A stretch of 63,769 nt of DNA, filler included, from Globobulimina sp. (Eukaryota), in assembly GCA_003354225.1 (NCBI GenBank). It is 32 parts of 32 records of this genome, joined end to end, with 100 filler letters (N's around TTAATTAATTAA, not from the genome) between each part and the next. Parts side by side here need not be neighbours in the genome. Positions count along the whole stretch, not along the records: positions 59,882 to 61,775 come from PIVH01010823.1; positions 61,876 to 63,769 come from PIVH01010824.1; 30 more parts are not named here. One strand, given 5' to 3'. Below the pieces are notes generated by a model. It saw only the letters and a program-made list of their open reading frames with translations. It was not told the origin of the DNA and did not search any database. A program made the translations under genes and the position numbers. Positions 59,882 to 63,769 of the stretch are shown piece by piece; position 1 is the first letter of the stretch, and each line of letters opens with the position of its first letter.

Positions 59882-61319
59882 GGAAGTAACTGATTATCCC
59901 ACCAATATAAATAATAACACAGTCATGTATAGGGAGGTCAAGCTCGTACGTGATCGGATTGGGTTAACCAGCGATCATTTTGCTTTTCCAAGTACGGAAT
60001 CTGAGATTGATGTGATATATGCACATGGTTCCACTGCCTCACATGCATTGACTTATCATTTCCCGACCAACCGAGGCAGTGCAAAGATACTTTTCTTAGA
60101 CATTACATGCACAGTGGATGGGTCTGTCTGCTCCCATCCAAATGTAGATTATTGTTGCGATGCTCGCAGTAGCTGTGCTGAAGTGATACAGACGAATATT
60201 GATGGTGTGTCTACAGTGGATATTGCCTGTTGTATTGGCAATGCTGATGATATATCACAATGTCATTTTGATTGGGAATGTTGTGGAGATTACATCTGTG
60301 ATATGGCAACAAGAGGTTGTGTCGAACCAATCTGTTTTGGAGATACTCATACATGTAATGCTGGGGATTGCTGTGTGCGGAATGAAAGTATTTGTGCTGT
60401 TAAATATGATGCATTGTTTAATGCGAAACGCATTTGTTGCATTAACAGTTTAAATGCGGTGCAGTGTGTCGGTAATGGCTGTTGTGGTGTTGCGCAATGT
60501 GATGATGTGTCTGGAGGATCACAAACATGTAGATATGATATAGGTGCTCCATGTAGTGATGATAATGAATGTTTATTTGAAGCGCAATGTAGAAATGGTA
60601 CATGTCAGAGTATCCCCACAGTAAATCCATCCAATATTCCAACAGTAAACCCATCCAATATTCCAACAGTAAACCCATCCAATATCCCAACAGTAAATCC
60701 ATCCAATATCCCAACAGTAAATCCATCCAATATCCCAACAGCAAATCCATCCAATATCCCAACAGTAAACCCATCCAATATTCCAACAGTAAACCCATCC
60801 AATATTCCAACAGTAAACCCATCCAATACTCTAACAGCAAATCCATCCAATATTCCAACAGTAAATCCAAGTAAATCACCACCTTTTCCATCAACGACAC
60901 CATCAAAAGTTCCAGCAAAAATATTATCGAACAATCCAACGATTTTGCCTACATATTCACCCTCAACTCATCCAATCAAAATGTATACCACCACAACCAA
61001 TCCAACTTCTTCACCATCCAATAGTCCAACTTCTAACATCGGGGAAAAAGTGCATGAAACATCTCAGTTGTACGCGCCATGGTATTTTGTAGCAGCAACA
61101 GTATTATTCGTAGTGTTAATATCCATAATATTGATTGTAATTATTGTACGTTTATATAAAAAGAATTGTACATTTATTCGAAAGACATCAGATACCCAAA
61201 TGACAAGACATGAGAGATTAGAAAGTGGCGAAGTAGAATTAGCAGATGGAATTAATCCACACCGTGAAGGTGAATATGGAACAGTGGAATATCAACTTGT
61301 TGAAAATGAAGACATATGA
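59882..61319 (+). CDS. Cys-rich type I surface protein with PT-repeat stalk and TM, 5'-partial
   Basis: CC-rich modules, 11 IPTVNPSN units, TM WYFVAATVLFVVLISIILIVIIV. Confidence 0.75.
60612..60875 (+). repeat. 24-bp coding minisatellite, 11 copies (IPTVNPSN)
   Basis: CCAACAGTAAA(C/T)CCATCCAATAT(T/C) units. Confidence 0.95.
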
Positions 61320-61875
61320 ACTGTGCATACACAAATAATTAATCTATACTGTATTAAATGTGACCCATTGTTTATTTTATCATTGTTTTTTTGAATTTTT
61401 TCATCCAATTTGCCTCGTAAATTCATTTTACACTTTACCCTCAACATTCTGTTCATTAAATTTGCATTCTGCTTTTTCAATGTATTCATTTTTAAAATGA
61501 TTAAATTGTCTCACTATAAATCGGACAAATATTTGGATGTGTTTCTTGTTTGGAGCTGCGCGTCAATTAAAAAAAAACAAATACGAAAAAACATAATAAA
61601 TAGAAATAAACCTATGGGAGCGGTAACGCTCAGAAACCCCTGGAAATCATTATTTAGCTTTGGGTGTGATAGAATTGCAGCTGCAATTCATAATCAACGG
61701 TCATCGCAAATCACAAGTTAATTAATAAAGTTTTTTTACTAACAATAATCATGGCTGCACAACACTCGTTTATCANNNNNNNNNNNNNNNNNNNNNNNNN
61801 NNNNNNNNNNNNNNNNNNNTTAATTAATTAANNNNNNNNNNNNNNNNNNNNNNNNNNNNNNNNNNNNNNNNNNNN

Positions 61876-62290
61876 CTTATTTACGCAAAAATTAGATTCA
61901 AATCCAGTTGGTATAAAATCTGAAAACGATGAACAATTATTGTTATTTATACCATTTAAAAGTAGAGTAAAATTAGAAGCCATTTCTTTGGCATTGCCGC
62001 GAAATGCATCATGTCCGAAAACCATTAAATTATTTGCTGGCAAAAAGAATATTGATTTTGATGATGCAATGGAAATGAAAGCAACGCATAGTATCCATAT
62101 TAAACAAATTCCAAAGAAAAAAAAACAAGCTGAAAACGAAAATGATGAGAACGCACTTTGGAGCAAATCATTTCCTTTGAAACTAACAAAATTTAGAAAT
62201 ATTAATTATTTAACAATATTTATTAAGGACAATTTTGGTGATGATATTTCGGAGTTGTTTAAGATTGAATTCTGGGGACAAGACAAATGA
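61876..62290 (+). CDS. PITH-domain protein (TXNL1/PITHD1-like), 5'-partial
   Basis: SENDEQLLLFIPF..VKL, PKTIKLF, IDFDDA, LKLTKFRNINYLTIFIKDNFG, IEFWG. Confidence 0.88.
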
Positions 62291-63059
62291 GTGCAAGGAT
62301 CTGCTGTTTTATAATTTGATCACCTTCAACCATCATGAACACACTCGCTCTGTATTTACATTGTTCAACATCGAGTGCCTTGCCACAATCTTCATAGATA
62401 TACAACATGGTGGAGAAAGTGATTAACAGGTTCAACATGTTGTATATCTAAAGTTACAATATAAACTCACAAAATGACAACATGTTGAACAAAATTCACA
62501 ACATGTTCAACATGTGCGTAAAATACTTATAGGTCTATTTCGTCTGAACAGGTATAACAAAAACATAATAATCGTCACAACAACAAAATATAAACATATA
62601 ACCGTACAAAGACCAATGAACGAAGACAAATCGAAAATATAAAATGTATCAATCAAATAATAAAACACACGCAACGTTAACACGTGATAATTGTGCTAGA
62701 TCTTTTAATATAAATATGCAATGTTAATATTTTCGTTGGATTGATCAGCACCAAGACAATTTTTTGATATCCATATTTTCTCAATATCATACATAATATT
62801 ACCATCCGAAATAATTCCTGTCTGCCTAAATAATTCTTCGTTCATTGGTCTTTGTATCTACACTCTTTGGAAAGAAAAAGAGGAAGAAAACAAAGTTTGT
62901 GTGATGAACCACAAAGAAAAGGATGGAAATACAACACTGTAAATTGTTGAGACAGTTTTGATTATTTTTATTTAAAAGATGGTTTATTAATAATATTAAC
63001 CATCGATCACAAAACAAAGGGAAAATACTACATAGTATAAATATTTAAGGGAAAAAATA

Positions 63060-63769
63060 CTATGGATAGCAATGACAAAGCCTTTTAAATGCAATAACCG
63101 CTGCAACCCATCCATGTCCAATTGCATCTCGAAACAACCTTGGCGAAGAAGGATTTCCTTCGAAAAAAACAATTTCTTCTTGTTCATTGATCATGAAATC
63201 CCATCCAATATAAGCATGTGAAATGTTTGCCATACTTCGCAATTTCTTGTGAGCCTCAACAGCCATCATAATTGCTAATTCGACTTTTTCTTTACAAATA
63301 TAAGATAACATTTCATCCATTCCATATTTGCCATGTGGTTGCAAACTGATTGGATCTAAATAAAAATACTTGACATTCAAGTCATGCGTAGTTTTTTGAA
63401 AATCAAATTTTGCCCAGATACTGACAACAGTTACTTGTAATTCTTTGTCACACAATGTTTGAATGTGATAAACACATTTCTTATTCTTATAAAAATTTTC
63501 CATTTCCAGTACTAAATATTTTCCTGGTTTTTTGTCTTGCTGTTCCATCATTACTTTTTTTAAATCGTCTTTGTTATTACAAACAAAAATGCCAGATCCT
63601 GAGCCATAAAAGCCATTCTCAATTTTGAAAATAAGTTTTCCAAAACTTTTTTTACAATTGTGTACTTTAAGTTTATCTTTAAATGACTCTGCAACAAGCA
63701 CAGGAACTTTAATGCCATCGACTTTTGATAGCACAGTTCTCCAGAAAGTCTTTGTTCTCAAGTTTTGAT
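63060..63769 (-). CDS. ATP-grasp protein (sugar-transfer-associated ATP-grasp-like), 5'-partial
   Basis: LIFK...G..GSG, YLVLE, AVEAHKKL, YIGWDFMI, VFFEGN. Confidence 0.7.
   Translation of the reverse strand, partial: QNLRTKTFWRTVLSKVDGIKVPVLVAESFKDKLKVHNCKKSFGKLIFKIENGFYGSGSGIFVCNNKDDLKKVMMEQQDKKPGKYLVLEMENFYKNKKCVYHIQTLCDKELQVTVVSIWAKFDFQKTTHDLNVKYFYLDPISLQPHGKYGMDEMLSYICKEKVELAIMMAVEAHKKLRSMANISHAYIGWDFMINEQEEIVFFEGNPSSPRLFRDAIGHGWVAAVIAFKRLCHCYP

Noticed and set aside
1898-61875. Operon-like neighbourhoods and ORFs running into X stretches ending in LIN or N
   Set aside because: Artefacts of the N-linker; adjacent contigs are ordered by length only

Overview
This is not one locus. It is 32 unrelated short contigs (1897 down to 1894 bp, sorted by length) joined by 31 artificial 100-bp linkers (44 N + TTAATTAATTAA + 44 N, stops in all six frames), so no gene neighbourhood can be read across linkers. 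Almost all contigs are AT-rich eukaryotic genomic DNA with short GT-AG introns (about 50-200 bp) and the standard genetic code. The gene families (ART-like H-G/STT/ExE proteins, F-box-like/LRR and Kelch-like expansions, PT-repeat surface proteins) suggest a rhizarian, probably a foraminifer; this is inference. Recognisable genes include V-ATPase B, CCDC39, a USP36/42-like deubiquitinase, HSPA12-like, ALKBH5-like, GH47 mannosidase, a choline-transporter-like protein, rhomboid, CRT-like transporter, PITH, a UBA-UBX protein, sulfotransferases, a LINE (APE+RT) and a Ty3/gypsy integrase. Two contigs carry bacterial fragments (AmmeMemoRadiSam radical SAM; phosphohexomutase) fused to eukaryotic genes, consistent with amplification or assembly chimeras. 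The most interesting signals: (1) two ExE-type ADP-ribosyltransferase-like proteins with His replacing the canonical Arg, plus a DUF4804/MavL-type macrodomain, suggesting an Arg-ADP-ribosylation write/erase system; (2) a secretory JmjC protein with a halogenase-like H-x-A...H metal motif; (3) a minimal Penelope-type hammerhead ribozyme; (4) two MITE-like elements, one with a perfect 8-bp TSD; (5) an intron-restricted palindrome; (6) a composite palindrome-array contig with compensatory changes; (7) a C/A to G/T compositional flip between 5' and 3' introns.
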